Source: Squalus acanthias (lineage: Eukaryota). Taken from it: DNA of 64,000 nt. Positions 46,760 to 60,650 of this stretch are shown piece after piece. Below the pieces are notes generated by a model. That model did not search any database and was not told where the DNA came from. It was given only the letters and a program-made list of their open reading frames with translations. The stretch lies in NCBI GenBank assembly GCA_030390025.1, contig JASTWF010000342.1, positions 248,001 through 312,000 on the forward strand. The letters run 5' to 3'. The translations under genes and the position numbers were made by a program. The stretch's first letter is position 1. Every line of letters starts with the position of its first letter.

Positions 46760-49692
46760 ATGACAACAGAGAAGGTCATAGACTTAGGTAGCAGTGGGGA
46801 AATTAAAAACCAGAGTGTGTCAGGAAGGGGCAGAAGGTATGGAGTAAAAGGTAAAGTAATAAAAAGGGCAAAAGCAGGAACTAAGTGTCACAAAACATAT
46901 TTGAAAGTTCTCTATCTGAATGCACGTAGCATTCGTAACAAAATAGACGAGTTACTGGCACAAATAACTACATATGGGTATGATCTTGTGGCCATTACAG
47001 AAACATGGCTGCAGGGTGACAATGCCTGGGAATTAAACATACCAGGTTATTTAACGATCAGGGAGGACAGGCAGGAAGGAAGGGGAGGTGGGGTGGCTAT
47101 GTTAATAAAGGAAGGAATCACTGTAATACAGAGAAATGATATTGGGTCAAAAGATCAGGATAATGAAACAGTTTGGGTGGAGATAAGGAATAATAAGGGG
47201 AAAAAAGCACTAGTGGGCATAGTCTATAGGCCTCCGAACAGTTGCAACTCTGTTGGACGGACTATCAATCAGGAAATAGTTGAGGCTTGTAATAATATAA
47301 TTATGGGGGATTTTAACTATCATATTAATTGGACAAATCAAATTGGGCAGGGCTGCCTTGAGGATGAGTTCATTGAGTGCATTAGGGATGGGTTTCTTGA
47401 GCAGTATGTAACTGAACCGACCAGGGGGCAAGCAACCTTAGATCTGGTCCTGTGTAACGAGACAGGATTAATTAAAATTGTCCTAGTAAAGGATCCCCTT
47501 GGAATGAGTGACCATAACATGGTTGAATTCCATATTCAATTAGAGGGTGAGAAGATTGGATCTCAAACAAGCGTGCTAAGCTTGAATAAAGGAGACTATG
47601 AAGGTATGCGAGCGAAATTGAGTAGAGTGGATTAGGAAAATAGATTAAAGGGTAAGATGATACATGATCAGTGGTGTACATTTAAGGAGTTATTTTACAA
47701 CTTCCAAAAAATATATATTCCACTGAGAAGAAAGGGTGTAAAAAAAAGACAGTCATCCATGGCTAAGTAAAGAAATTAAGGATAGTGTTCGACTAAAAAC
47801 AAGGGCTAATAAGGTAGCCAAATCTAGTGGGAGGATAGAGGATTGGGAAAACTTTAAAAGACAGCAAAAAATAACAAAAATATTGATTAAGAAAGGGAAG
47901 ATAGATTATGAAAGTAAATTAGCAAAAAATATAAAAACAGATAGTAAGATTATTTATAGTTATATAAAAAGAAAAAGGCTGGCTAAAGTAAATGTTGGTC
48001 CCTTAGATGATGAGACTGGGAAATTAATGGTGGGAAATATGGAGATGGCAAAAACACTGAATGAATATTTTGTATCAGTCTTTACAGTAGAGGACACTAA
48101 GAATATCCCAACACTGGACAAACAGGGGCTATAGGGGGGGAGGAGCTAAACACGATCAAATCACTTAGGAAGTGGTACTCGGTAAAATAATGGGACTCAA
48201 GGCGGATAAATCACCTGGACCTGATGGCTTACATCCTAGGGTCTTGAGGGAAGTGGCGGTAGGGATTGTGGATGCATTGGTAATAATTTTTCAAAACTCC
48301 CTGTACTCAGCAAAGATCCCGGCAGACTGGAAAACTACTAATGTAACACCCTTATTTAAAAAGTGCAGTAGACAGAAGGCTGGAAACTATAGACCGGTTA
48401 GCCTAACATCTGTGGTAGGTAAAATTTTGGAGTCCATTATTAAGGAGACGGTAATGGGACATTTGGATAATCATAATTTAATAGGACAAAGTCAGCATGG
48501 TTTTATGAAGGGGAAGTCATGTTTGACAAATTTGCTGGAGTTCTTTGAGGAAGTAACATACAGGGTGGATAAAGGGGAACCAGTGGATGTGGTTTATTTA
48601 GACTTCCAAAAGGCATTTGACAAGGTGCCACACAAAAGATTATTGCTTAAGATAAAAAATCACGGGATTGGGGGTAATATTCTGGCATGGATAGAGGATT
48701 GGCTATCTAACAGAAAGCAGAGAGTTGGGATAAATGGTTCATTCTCAGACTGGCAATCAGTAACTAGTGGTGTTCCGCAGGGGTCAGTGCTGGGTCCCCA
48801 ACTCTTTACAATCTATATTGACGATTTGGAGGAGGGGACTGAGTGTAACATATCAAAGTTTGCAGATGATACTAAGATGGGAGGGAAAGTAGCGAGTGAG
48901 GAGGACATAAAAATCTGCAAGGGGACATAGACAGGCTAAGTAAGTGGGCAGAGATTTGGCAGATGGAATACAATACTGGAAAGTGTGAGGTTTTGCACTT
49001 TGGCAGGAAAAATAGTAGAGCAAGTTATTATCTTAATGGCAAGAAATTGGAAAGTACTGAAGTACAAAGGGATCTGGAGTCCTGGTGCACGAAACTCAAA
49101 AGGTTAGTATGCAGGTGCAGCAAGTGGTTAAGAAGGCCAATGGAATGTTGGCTTTCATTGCTAGGGGGATAGAATATAAAAATAGGGAGGTATTGCTTTA
49201 GTTGTGCTTCATTGGTGAGCCCACCTGGAATACTGCATACAGTTTTGGTGTCCATACTTAAGAAAAGACATACTTGCTCTCGAGTCAGTACAAAGAAGGT
49301 TCACTCGGTTAATCCCGGGGATGAGAGGATGGACATATGAGGAGAGGTTGGGTAGATTGGGACTCTACTCATTGGAGTTCAGAAGAATGAGAGGCGATCT
49401 TATTGAAACATGTAAGATTGTGAAGGGGTTGGATCAGGTGGATGCGGGGAGGATGTTCCCGATGATGGGTGAAACTAGAACTAGGGGGCATAGTCTTAGA
49501 ATAAGGGGCTGCTCTTTCAAAACTGAGATGAGAAGGAACTACTTCACTCAGAGGGTGGTAGGTCCATGGAATATGCTGCCCCAAAAAGCTGTAGAAGCTA
49601 CATCATTACATAAATTTAAAACAGCAATAGACAGTTTCCTAGAAGTAAAGGGATTTAAGGGTTACGGGGAGCGGGCAGGAATTTGGACATGA
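46760..49692 (+). pseudogene. CR1 ORF2 (APE plus RT), with stops and frameshifts
   Basis: [62 protein letters not shown]. Confidence 0.92.
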
Positions 49693-51822
49693 GTCTAGGT
49701 TCGGATTGGTCATGGCTCTGTTGGGTAGCGCAGCGGGCCCAGGGGCTGTGTAGCCCGATCCTGCTCCTATTTCGTGTGTCCAATTCTGTTAGGTTCAGGA
49801 GATGGTTCTGTGATAGTAGATTGGCGGTTAGGATCAGATCAGCCATGATCTTATTGAATGGCGGAGCAGGCTCGAGGGGCCAATTGGCCTACTCCTGCTC
49901 ATATTTCTTATGTTCTTATGTTCTTATGTTTAGCAGGTGACATCAGCAACATATTGTAGTTTGCTGTGTATCTCTGCATCAGGCAGGTGACTGAGGCTCT
50001 CTATGCCAGGAGGAACATTTATATCCTCTTCCTCTTCCCAGTGGACAAAGCAAAGCAGTATGAGAGAGTACTAAGCTTCGCCTGCATTGCAGGCTTCTCC
50101 AGGGTCCAGAATGCCATTGACTGCACCTGGTACAGGTGTGAGGAGAAAGTAATTGACGTGAGAAGTAAGATTCTTACCTTGACAACTCTGCTGAGGTCAT
50201 TAAACTTTTTCCAGCATTGAAGCCATGTCCTTGGAGCTACGTTCCTGACATTGACCTCCTGAGCACCCTCTTTTCACTAACGGCTTATGTGTTACCTGGA
50301 GAACTTTCTGCCCCCTGGGTGGGAGCAGCATCTCAATCTCCTGTCCACCAGGGCTGCATCTGAGAACCTGGGTGCCATCTCTGCCCATCTTGCAGCCATT
50401 TTTCCATTTCTGAAGTTTACATGTTGTCTGCCACCACAATGCACCTTCTGTTTAAGAGGTGCTGGCAGCCTTTAAATGGTGTTAATGAAGCCCGATTTCC
50501 TGCCCATCCCAAACAGACACGCAACCAATAAGTACGCGCGCAGCGCTGGATCCAAGCCTGACCCATTATAATAAGCTTCCAGGATGTATTTTATTTTATC
50601 CCTGCACCCTAGTGAACAGGCGCATGCAGTGCACCCCACCTCCTGCGCGCCTGTTTTCAGACACAATAGATCCAGCACCATAACCACCACACTATAGTGG
50701 GAATTACAAGTCATTCTTGGTCTCCTGTATCTAATAACAAAAACAGGTTTGCTGTTATTTTGACATTGCAATTGATTCATTTACCTGATATCCATGGCTA
50801 ACACTCCTGAATCACCAACCTTTGCATGAGCCTACTGCCTCTCAGGATTGGTGCAAAAGGAGCTTTGACAAAGGTCCTGCTGGCTGCCCACTTGGGTGAA
50901 AATGGCACCCTTTGAAGGAGAAGCTAAACCGGGGGTTAGTGATTTTTTTTTACTTTTAATGGAATGTTACAGAACATTTCTTAAAAACAAGGAGAGATGG
51001 AATTATCCTGTTAAACACAAGCTGATAGAATGTAAATGTTAATATGGTAATGAATGTTATATGTCAAAAGGTTAAGATTTGCAAACTGAATCTTGTGAGA
51101 GGTAGTTAATTGCTTTCCCGTATAGACTGCTAACTGTGTCTAATGACTTAATTGGTAGGTGCTGTGAAGACAAAAGCAAAGAGCTCATGGTAAGTCAAGG
51201 AGGACTAATTAGTTTTGGCACTAAGTTATTTTAGGCCCTCTCAGAGATGGCCTCTATTACCACGGCGATGAAACTGCAGAAAAGCCAAGCAGATAATTTT
51301 CCTGACCACCTCTGATAGCTGGACAAGTCAGAAGGTTCAAATCCATTGCTTTCATGATTTGCCTTCTGGGAAAAATCAGGAGAGCTGGAAGTTTAGATAC
51401 AATTACATAACAAGACAGTAGACTCCAGGGAGTCCATGGCCGCGATTTTGCCGACCGAGACGGGTCCGGGGCGGCCGGGGTCGGTGTCGCAGTCCCAGCC
51501 CGCTGCCTACTGCAGCCCGCACTCTCCAAGTGATTTTTCGTTGATTGGGCTTGTTAAGTCCACCCTGCGAGGTTCCCGAACAATTAAAAGGAAACGGGTC
51601 TGTGATGTCATTTGATGATGCGTAATCAGCCGGTTTCCTTAAAGGGGCCATGTTCAAATTGATTTTGACAGTTCTGCTGTCAGTGTACTAAAGCATTGAG
51701 GTGCTGCAAACACTGACAAGCACTGCACAAAGGTACACGGCTGCACCCAGGCTCTCCCATGACTCCCTCCATATGAGAAGTCGCACAACACCAGGTTATA
51801 GTCCAACAGTTTTATTTGAAAT

Positions 51823-51857
51823 CACGAGCTTTCGGAGCGCTGCTCCTTCGTCAGGTA
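51823..51857 (-). ncRNA. Minimal type I hammerhead ribozyme motif
   Basis: Reverse complement of 52466-52500. Confidence 0.8.
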
Positions 51858-52465
51858 AAGTGAAGGAATACTAATCAGCAAAGCATATATAGACAGAGAA
51901 CAATGTGTAGTATACAATGTCAGACGACTACAGTAAATCTTACTGACTGCCCTCCATCACACCTCGGCAGAGATACAATCAGGTCAGTCAGGAAGGCATT
52001 ACATCAAAGACACAGCAAAATACAGCTAAGACAATGAGGTGGGGTCACAGGGGGTCCAACGTGTCAAATGCTGCAGTCTGTATGGTTAAGCTTTTTACTT
52101 TTTTTTAAAACTGGAAATCACATCTATGAACAAGCCAACGACGACTCGAGTCTGGATGACTCTACGTCATGTAGTGTGACATGAAACCAAGATCCCGGTT
52201 GAGGCTGTCATCATGGGTGCGGAACTTGGCTATCAGTTTCTGCTCGATGATTTTGCGTTGTCGTGTGACCCCCTGTGACCCCACCTCATTGTCTTAGCTG
52301 TATTTTGCTGTGTCTTTGATGTAATGCCTTCCTGACTGACCTGATTGTATCTCTGCCGAGGTGTGATGGAGGGCAGTCAGTAAGATTTACTGTAGTCGTC
52401 TGACATTGTACACTACACATTGTTCTCTGTCTATATATGCTTTGCTGATTTGTATTCCTTCACTT

Positions 52466-52500
52466 TACCTGACGAAGGAGCAGCGCTCCGAAAGCTCGTG
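52466..52500 (+). ncRNA. Minimal type I hammerhead ribozyme motif
   Basis: TAC-CTGACGA-AGGAGCAGCGCTCC-GAAA-GCTC-GTG: intact core, 5-bp stem II, palindromic stem III. Confidence 0.8.
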
Positions 52501-53559
52501 ATTTCAAATAAAACTGTTGGACTATAACCTGGTGTTGTGCGACTTCTCATTTTTGTCCACCCCAGTCCAACACCGGCATCTCCGCATCATGCCCTCCATA
52601 TGCTTATGGAGGGAGTCACAGTACGCAGGGAGGTTCTCTTCCCGTCCCACAGGCGGAAGAGACCTCCCCAGGAGATCAACACAGTCTGGTTGCACATTGC
52701 GCAGGAGGACACAAGCAGGGATGTCGTCAGCATGACTAGGCTGCAGTGGCACAAGCCTTTCAATGATCCCAGTAGATCACGAAACGTTACTGCCAAGCCA
52801 CACTCAACCTCATCCACTCAGCAGGTTCCCTACCCACTGTCAATCTTTACTATTTTGACAGCGGACCCGCCTCCGAACCCACCCTCTGAGTGGCGGCAAA
52901 ATTCAGCCCCATGCCTTTTCCACCGAAGTTACGATGGACCAGTGGGAGAAAACCCCATGGAAATTCACCCCCTAGGTCTCTAAAATGCTGAAAGGCGCAG
53001 ACAATGTGAATGAGGGAAGTATAATTAACTTAAACTCTGATCGTAGAATTAATATTAAACAAATTGGTAATCCTCAAGTGACAGAGAGGCAAAAGGTTTG
53101 AAGAATTTATTTTTCGCAACAGTAACCGATATGCAAAACAGACTCCATCAAAAGCCTTAAAAGATTATCTCAATTAGCTCATTTTGAAAAGAGTTGATTG
53201 AATATCCAGTTAATAATTAAACTGAAGTATACCCATAGATGATCACGGGGCAGAATTTCCTATACCTGTGCCTGAGTGTATTGGATCACCCGGGCACATT
53301 GAATAGAGAAAAATCAGGTGTGGAGGATTGCATACCCATAGGGAGCCCGCCTGATTTTCCTGTGCTCCAATGCACTAGGTATAAGAACAGGAAAATCAAC
53401 ATGCACAATTTTTAATTAAACTACAATTCTATCAGTTTTGGCTCCCTCCAAATGAGAAGGCTGATTCCCCGATCGGGCACTCCTGGCAAGAAGCAGCAAG
53501 CTGGTCAGTGCTCCCTGCCCCTCCTTAGAAAACCTCAGGTATGTTGTTCTGGGCCTATA

Positions 53560-54040
53560 AACTCTGTTCGGAGGCCAAAGTTTCCTCCGAGTACTGGGTC
53601 CAGTTTTGGTCATTGAGTCACAAGGGAGACATTCAAGCACTGGAGGCAGTACAGAAAAGAACCACACGGCTTGGGATAAGTGTCAGAGTTATAAGGAAAG
53701 ACTGGAGAGACTCGGGCTTCTCTGTCTGGAAAGGAGGCATCTGATAGATGATCTTATAGAGCTATGAAAAACAGTAACTGACATAGAAAATTAAATTCTG
53801 AGAGTAGGACAATAGGACGCAGGTTTAAACGAGTGAAAGTTAACTTTCAGACTGATAGGAACGTAGGAAGTCCTGATATTAGGAAGTTCTTCTTCATGCA
53901 GGGAAATTATTTCCTGGTAGAGTGATGGAGATGAAAACCCTGCATGCATTTAAGAAACAATTGGATGCTTTAGTGGGGGGGCCTGTAAGGTGCTTCTGGA
54001 TGGATTAGTATGGGCCGGATGGTCTTCCTCATCTTTAATT
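53560..54040 (+). mobile_element. Old, decayed CR1 3' fragment
   Basis: EYWVQFWS...DIQALEAVQKRTTRL remnant and CR1-like 3' end. Confidence 0.7.
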
Positions 54041-54110
54041 ATCTCGTGAAGATGCTGTGTGAAAATAAGACCATGCAGTAGGTTAGATTTTTCGAGGCCT
54101 TGCACACCTT

Positions 54111-54295
54111 GGGGTAGATTTTGACTTTGTGTGATTGTGTAAAATGGGTGATAGCGAATCAGCAGCCCATTTTACATCTCTCCTGATTTTTATTTCCGGT
54201 GACTTTAATTGAAATAAGAATCGGGAGAGATGTAAAACAAGCTGCTGACTCGCTATCACCCATTTTATACTAGCACACAAAGTCAAAAATACCCC
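54111..54295. mobile_element. Palindromic MITE (~80-bp imperfect arms) nested in a second short TIR element (~54081-54384)
   Basis: GGGGTAGATTTTGACTTTGTGTG... / ...CACACAAAGTCAAAAATACCCC. Confidence 0.75.
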
Positions 54296-55476
54296 CATGA
54301 GTGCGCATTGGAAAATTGTGAGCTCGCTACAATGTGCACTCGATAGGTATCTTGCCACGGGAGCAATCTCAGAAAAATCTACCCTACTATGTAGTCATAT
54401 GTTAAAGGACCAGACTAAGATGTTACTGTTATGGATTGTATATTAGATCAGTAAATTTCTAGAATGCATCAAGCAAATACACGCCTTGAGATATTTTAAA
54501 GGATGTGGACCTCATGAAATAGGCCTGAGAATGTACATTATTCACATAATCATAACCGTGATCATTATGTTAATATTTCACAGCACAATTGTGTCTCTTC
54601 CCCATCCCAATCAAATAACCTGCTTTCTTATTGTTTCTGTAAATTGTTTTTGCTGGTTTCCTTGGTTTCCTTGCACATGATGCAACATCATAAAGGGGAG
54701 AGAAATGTTTATGCTTCATTCTGTCTGTATACTCGGTCAAATTCTATGCAATTCATTTTGGGGGAGGGAGAGCATTGAAGTCTAATCGTTGCAAACTGCT
54801 AAATACCATTAGTGCTGTACATCATAACAATGATGCTATTTACAATGGCTCACTGGTAATAAAAACATGCTCACAGACATTCTTATAATTATTAATGTAT
54901 GTGTTTCTTGATTGTACGATTGGTATTGGCAATCAAATGGTAGTTATAAAGTAACTAATAATAATTCTTCACAATAATTATTTAGAGCTAGATGACTACT
55001 TTTACATATTAAAATAGATGCAAATAAATAATATATTGAGGGAGTAGACAAATAGGCTGTTTGTATGTCTAATATGCAATAAAATACAGAATTATTATGC
55101 ATTGAGAATAGAAGTTACCCAAGATTCAAGAAACATTGCAAAGCATACAAAACAAATGCATGAATGATTTTTTCCCCCTATTTTTCTCTTTTTTACTTCC
55201 CTCCTCTTCTGATGGCACTAACAGCTGTTGGGATACAGTTGATGCTCTTCCTAAATTGTCATTTTTAATCTGTGAACCTAGCCATGAGTCTTGCAGGCTA
55301 TTTGGCAGTGCAGGCATCACAACTGAACCTGGCTCTGTCACACACATGCACTTTCCAGTCAGGATCACGGGACATCCATCAGTAGATGACCTCTGACTTA
55401 ATCCATCGCCCCTCCTCAGACCAGGGGTCTTAAAGGAAATTGCATTGTCCTAATTGCTGCCTCAGTAAGACACATT

Positions 55477-57055
55477 GGCCCGTCATTTCCGATAGGAGGC
55501 TTCCTGCATGCGGATGTCTCCTATCGGGAAAAGATCTACGCCCTTACCTGAGGGCTCCTGAGGTCCGGCACAGAGGCCCAGGGACGCAGGAGGTTCACAA
55601 GCATCCCTGGGATCACGTGAGCCAGGCGAGCCAATGGGAGAAGGGAATCCCCCTTCATACTTTTGACAGGTAGACCTGTCAAAAGTATGAATGGGGATCA
55701 CTGAAAAAAGACATCAAAACATTAAATACATTGGGGGAAAAATTCAGTTGGTTTGCGTCTCCCGTTAGCGCCGTAAGAGGGCACTAATGGGGCGCAAAGC
55801 AACTAGCGCCCGTGCGCGGTGATGTTTGCGCCGCTCACGAAATTAACTAGACATTTTGCGGCAGCGCTAAACACTACCGCCACAATCTCCTGCACCGGCA
55901 GATCGTGACGTCAGTCAAGTGTGCAACACCCCGGTAGCGCCCCTGACCGGATATTGAGTGGCGCCCCCTGCCTTACCGCCTGCCGCTAGCAACGACAGGT
56001 TGAGGGGAGCATTTTGCAGTCAGGAAGGGACTGGGGGAGCGCTATTTAAAGGCGAACGCTTCCTGCCTTTTTTTGTTGGTGACATTTTTGCACCACGCAT
56101 TCTGAGAGAGAGAGAGAGACAGACTTCTGGAGAGATTCAACGCTGTGTGAAGGAGTTTTGGGTACTGAGCAGCACTTTACAGGTTCATTTTTATTTGCCC
56201 TTCCTTGTATCGATTTAGAAGAGACTGTGGGGGCTGCATTCTGTGCTCTTTCCCTGGTACTCTCCGTTGTTCTTTCCAGTAGATTTGATGTACAGGTCTC
56301 TCCAGGCCGAGATTCAAGGCTGCAATGAGCAGGAAGTGGAAGGAGAGCAAGATCAACCCTCCCCTTTAAGAACTGGCCAGCGCCAGTGTGTCTGTGTTCC
56401 ATTACTGACTGACATCACATGAGCTTCGCCTGCGCTCTGAGGTAGCGCCTCGCTCCTCGGCCTTTGCGCCTTAAGACAGGTGTGAAGCGCCTGATTTAGC
56501 ACTCCAATCACCTCCAGAGCGATAAAAGTCAAGTTTGCAGTAGGAGGCGATAATTAGTGCCCAAACAGGGCGGTACTGAATTGTTCCCATATTTTTTTTA
56601 AACCATCACCTTTTTAAAATGAGTTAAAATTACATTAAATTAAATATTTTTTTAAAAATGTAATTTTTTGAAAAAAATATTTAAAGTTATTTACGGGGCT
56701 AAAAATAAACTTACCTTTTTTAAAAGTATTTTAAAATTATAAATGAGTGAAAAAAAATTTTTTTTTTTACTTTTTTAATCTCTTATGCTGGTAAACGCAG
56801 GCCTTACACCTGCTTTTACCAGGCGTAAGATTTTTAAAGGATTTCAGCGGGCAGCGGTTCTGCAGAAAGTGGAACTCTCCACCCACGGAGGCCCTTTTCC
56901 AGGGGAGGCGTCTGATCTGCCAAGAGGATTCTTGACAGATCGGAAGTGCCGGTTTTCAGCGCATGCGCTTCGCATGCCTGAAACCGGCACTTGCGAGGTC
57001 CCTACGGGTGTGTACACAGCTCGTACACACCCGTAGGCATCGGAAATTACGGGCC
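55477..57055. mobile_element. MITE copy C with ATT target duplication, interrupted by another TIR element
   Basis: GGCCCGTCATTTCCGAT / ATCGGAAATTACGGGCC, ATT on both sides; homologous to copy B. Confidence 0.85.
55733..56588. mobile_element. Non-autonomous TIR element nested in MITE copy C
   Basis: GGGGGAAAAATTCAGT / ACTGAATTGTTCCC termini; copy C is collinear with copy B once it is removed. Confidence 0.7.
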
Positions 57056-57624
57056 ATTACCTCAGCAAAAGGATTGAACCTCGTTCTTTGGCTAACATTA
57101 CACCGGGATGAATTATATATGGCAGTTTTTCTGTGCGCATGTTGTGAATGGGCAGAAAAGCTAGCCCAGTTCTGATACTGGGCAACAGGAGTGGTTCAGG
57201 AGATTGGAAATAATTTTGATAATTTCCACTGCAATGCATTTATTGCTGTGCCATCTCTATTTCGGCATTTCAAAAGTGGCCCCTGTTTATATGGGAGGCC
57301 TTAGCTCTGTCCTTTGAAGCATCTCTGCACCTCCAGAGTGGTATCCTCAAAAGAAACAGCCCAGATTCTCTCCCTCCATGTTGCCATACTCAAGTTAGAA
57401 GAGGAACAATTTCAGTTTGAAAATGTGCACTTCACCTTTAATTCTGAACAACAGCCCTTCAGGAGTTGCTGACTTGCCTCCCTGCATCCCCAACGCACTC
57501 CTGCACATCTAGCCAACCTGTGCAGTGAGCACATGGAGATAAGTTTAACAAGTTTCCTGGCATGGTACTTGTGTACCATACATCAATGTAAAATAATGGG
57601 ACCACATCATTAGCCCCATTACGT

Positions 57625-57762
57625 GACTGACCTTTCATCAGGTCATCGAGCTGAAACATTAACTCTGTTTCTCTCTCCACAGATGCTGCCTGACCTGCTG
57701 AGTATTTCCAGCATTTTCTGTTTTTATTTCAGATTTCCAGCAGCCGCAGTATTTTGCTTTTG
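57625..57762 (+). mobile_element. Penelope (second family) terminal fragment
   Basis: GAAACATTAACTCTGTTTCTCTCTCCACAGATGCTGCCTGACCTGCTGAG is the inverse of 20716-20790. Confidence 0.65.
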
Positions 57763-58706
57763 TCCTAATTTTTAACCCTAGTTTCTCGACTGACAACAAG
57801 ATTATAATGCTGGTCCTCAAAGAGGAACATCTCACAGTACTAAACTGTACACTTGATCAGAATTACCAACTCAAAGCTGAGGCAGCAGCACGAAGGTGGC
57901 AGGATTGAGTCAAGGTGGCACTGTAATTGATATCCTCTGTATATGACTGAATTTAGGGAAACCATCAGCAGCAATCAAACCCTCTATAAAAGAATCTATT
58001 TCTTCCAGATTAATTTCTCTGACCTGTGAGTAAAATATATCATGACTGAATTAAAGACTTTACAAAGTAAAAAGGATATCGATGGAGCCATGCAGAGAGG
58101 TTTAGAGCAGGGGTGGTGGGGGGAGGTGGGGAAGAGTTATATTAAGATACTCACCTCATAAAGCAATGACTAAAAATAAAAGTAGGTCATAGCTCCCCCA
58201 ATGGCTTGATGGATTTACCTAGGGAGTAGCTATGTCTTGCAAACCAGGTTCATCTGCACTCCAGTCAGGTGGGTTAAAACATACACCATTCAACTAATGC
58301 TGGGGTGGGTGGGGGAGGAAATCTGGGCCCAATATCTGCAGTGCATGTAACCAACATAAAATGTAAAGTAAAGGGAGCAATTGCAGGATGCCCACATCGA
58401 CAGACCTCTCCCTGGACATCAATTTTGACGGCTAACAGTTTTGGAGCCAGCTGTGCATATTTTTCTTGTATCCTTTACCTAACTAAATAAAACTTGGATG
58501 AAACAGGTTAACAACCCTTATCAGATTTATACTTGGACTATCATAAGAATTAACGGTCCAGTGCAATATTCCACAAACTGCCTTACCGAGGTAAACAGAA
58601 ATATGATATTTCCTTCCTTCAGGAGACCTGACTCACTACTGATGATGTTAAGGAGCTTAAAAGAAGTCAGCTGAATTCCATTCTGGCATCTATTTGCTGT
58701 ACAAGG

Positions 58707-59090
58707 ATAAAAACATAAGAACATAAGAAATAGGAGCAGGAGTAGGCCATATGGCCCATCGAGCCATGCAAGAACTTTATCATCAACTCCACTTTCCCGC
58801 CTTATCGCCATATCCCTTGATTGCCTTAGTGCCCAAAAGTCTATCGATCTCAGTCTTGAATATACTCAACGACTGAGCATCCATAGCACTCTGGGGTAGA
58901 GATTTCCAAAGATTCACAACCCTCTGAATGACGAAATTTCTCCTCATCCCAGTCCTAAATGGCTGACCCCTTATCCTGAGACTATGCCCCCTAGTTCTAG
59001 ACTCTCCAGCCAGGGGAAACAGCCTCTCAGCATCTGCCCTGTCAAGCCCACTAAGAATTTTATAAGTTTCAATGAAATCACTTCTAGTAA
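58707..59090 (-). mobile_element. CR1 3' fragment
   Basis: (AACATAAG)n tail; homologous to 49400-49930. Confidence 0.85.
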
Positions 59091-59919
59091 TCCTCTTCTG
59101 TAACTCAGCTCCTCTTATAATAATTTCTACACATATTAATCTGGACCAGAGTTATAGGGCCTGTAACAGGTTCATACTTACAACCTCATTAATATATATA
59201 TTTGTAACTGTAATTTCGCAGCGTTTTCAGTTGAATTTACTCCAGTCTTTCTCAATTAACATTGAGATTGCTTATCATGTCCACTCTAGATGTTCAGGTC
59301 AACGACAATAAATTAAAATTATGTGCAGTGTCTCATTCGTAAGTTTAACTTACTAAGAGCTCCCTCACAGCAGATGCTAATTCAACATTTCTTACTACAA
59401 GATAGCAAATTTTTCATCTTTCTTTTTCAAAACATCATTGGATTATCTACAGTGTCGCTCCTCTCCAGACACTTATTCATTGCTTTTATAAAATACAGCT
59501 GAGGCTGTACTCGGGGCCTGTATAATTCATTCTGGCTCAAAAAGGAAGAGGGAAGACCTGAGAGAAATGATTGACCTTGAAAAGGAGATTGCACAGTTAG
59601 AGCAGTTTCATAAAAGAAAGAAATCTAATGTTACATATTCAAATCCTGGTTATGGCTAGACTGCAATCCAATTGCCACCTCAGAGAGAGTTGAGCTTTGT
59701 GGTTTTGAAGAAAAGATACTTTAAACACACAGACAAAAGTGGGCAACCTTCTGGCACAACGACTCTCGAAGGCAGATGCTGCGGCTCCGATCCCAGCTCT
59801 TTGCCTTTCTGATGGCATACTTTTAGCTAACCCAAAGAATATTAAGAAGGCATTTCTGAATTTTTAAAGTAATATTCCTCAGAGTGCTCCTCCCCAGGGA
59901 AGGTCTTCAATCTTTCTTC

Positions 59920-60650
59920 AGTACCAGACTTTTTGCAATTTTGGTGTCATATTTGACCACAAATTGAGCTTCCGACCATATATCCGCACCATAACTAAGA
60001 CCGCCTATTTCCACCTCCGTAACATTGCCCTTCTCCGCCCATGCCTCAGCTCATCTGCTGCTGAAACCCTCATCCATGCCATTGTTACCTCTAGACTTGA
60101 GTATTCCAATGCATTCCTGGCTGGCCTCCCACGTTCTACCCTATGTAAACTTGAGGTCATCCAAAATTTGGCTGCCCGTGTCCTAACTCGCACCAAGTCC
60201 CGCTCACCCATCACCCCTGTGCTCGGTGACCTACATTGGCTCCCAGTTAAGCAACGCCTTGAATTTACAATTGTCATCCTTGTTTTCAAATCTCTCCCTA
60301 TCTCTGTAATCTCCTCCAGCCCAACAACCTCTCGAGATATCTGCACTCCTCTAATACTGCCCTCTTGAGCATTTCTGATTATAATCGCTCAACCATTGGT
60401 GGCTGTGCCTTCTGTTGCCTAGGCCCTAAGCTCTGGAATTCCCTCCCTAAACCTCTCCACCTCTCTTTCCTCCTTTAAGACTTTCCTTGAAACCTACCTC
60501 TTTGACCAAGCTTTTGGTCATCTGCCCTAATTTCTCCTTATGTGGCTCGGTGTCAATTTTTTTTTGTTTTATAACACTCCTGTGAAGCACCTTGGGACAT
60601 TTTACTAAAGTAAAGGTGCTATATAAATACAAGTTGTTGTTGTTGTTGTT
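59920..60650 (+). mobile_element. L2 LINE 3' fragment with (GTT)n tail
   Basis: KTAYFHLRNIA, AETLIHAIVTSRLEYSN, ITPVLGDLHWLPV. Confidence 0.88.

Larger units (their letters stand above)
45281..49930 (+). mobile_element. Near full-length CR1 LINE
   Basis: 5' UTR, esterase ORF1, APE-RT ORF2 and (TTCTTATG)n tail; inserted between codons of a Harbinger transposase. Confidence 0.93.
44640..50130 (+). pseudogene. Harbinger transposase 5' half split by insertions (segments 44640-44862, 45186-45280, 49932-50130)
   Basis: RRRPYTRRVFR, TALPVA/GLFQAA | AGDISNI, IRQVTEALYARR, AGFSRVQNAIDCT. Confidence 0.75.
51773..52591. mobile_element. Short Penelope insertion forming a long inverted repeat, with 11-bp flanking duplication
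   Basis: Arms ~51773-52058 and ~52267-52550 are nearly perfect inverses; CCCTCCATATG at 51765-51775 and 52592-52602; same family as 13955-17730. Confidence 0.92.

Noticed and set aside
55126..55396. Short ORFs in non-repetitive sequence
   Set aside because: No motifs or convincing splice structure
58586..58698. Possible minus-strand exon with plausible AG/GT signals and one open frame
   Set aside because: Short, no recognisable protein similarity and no partner exons; could be chance
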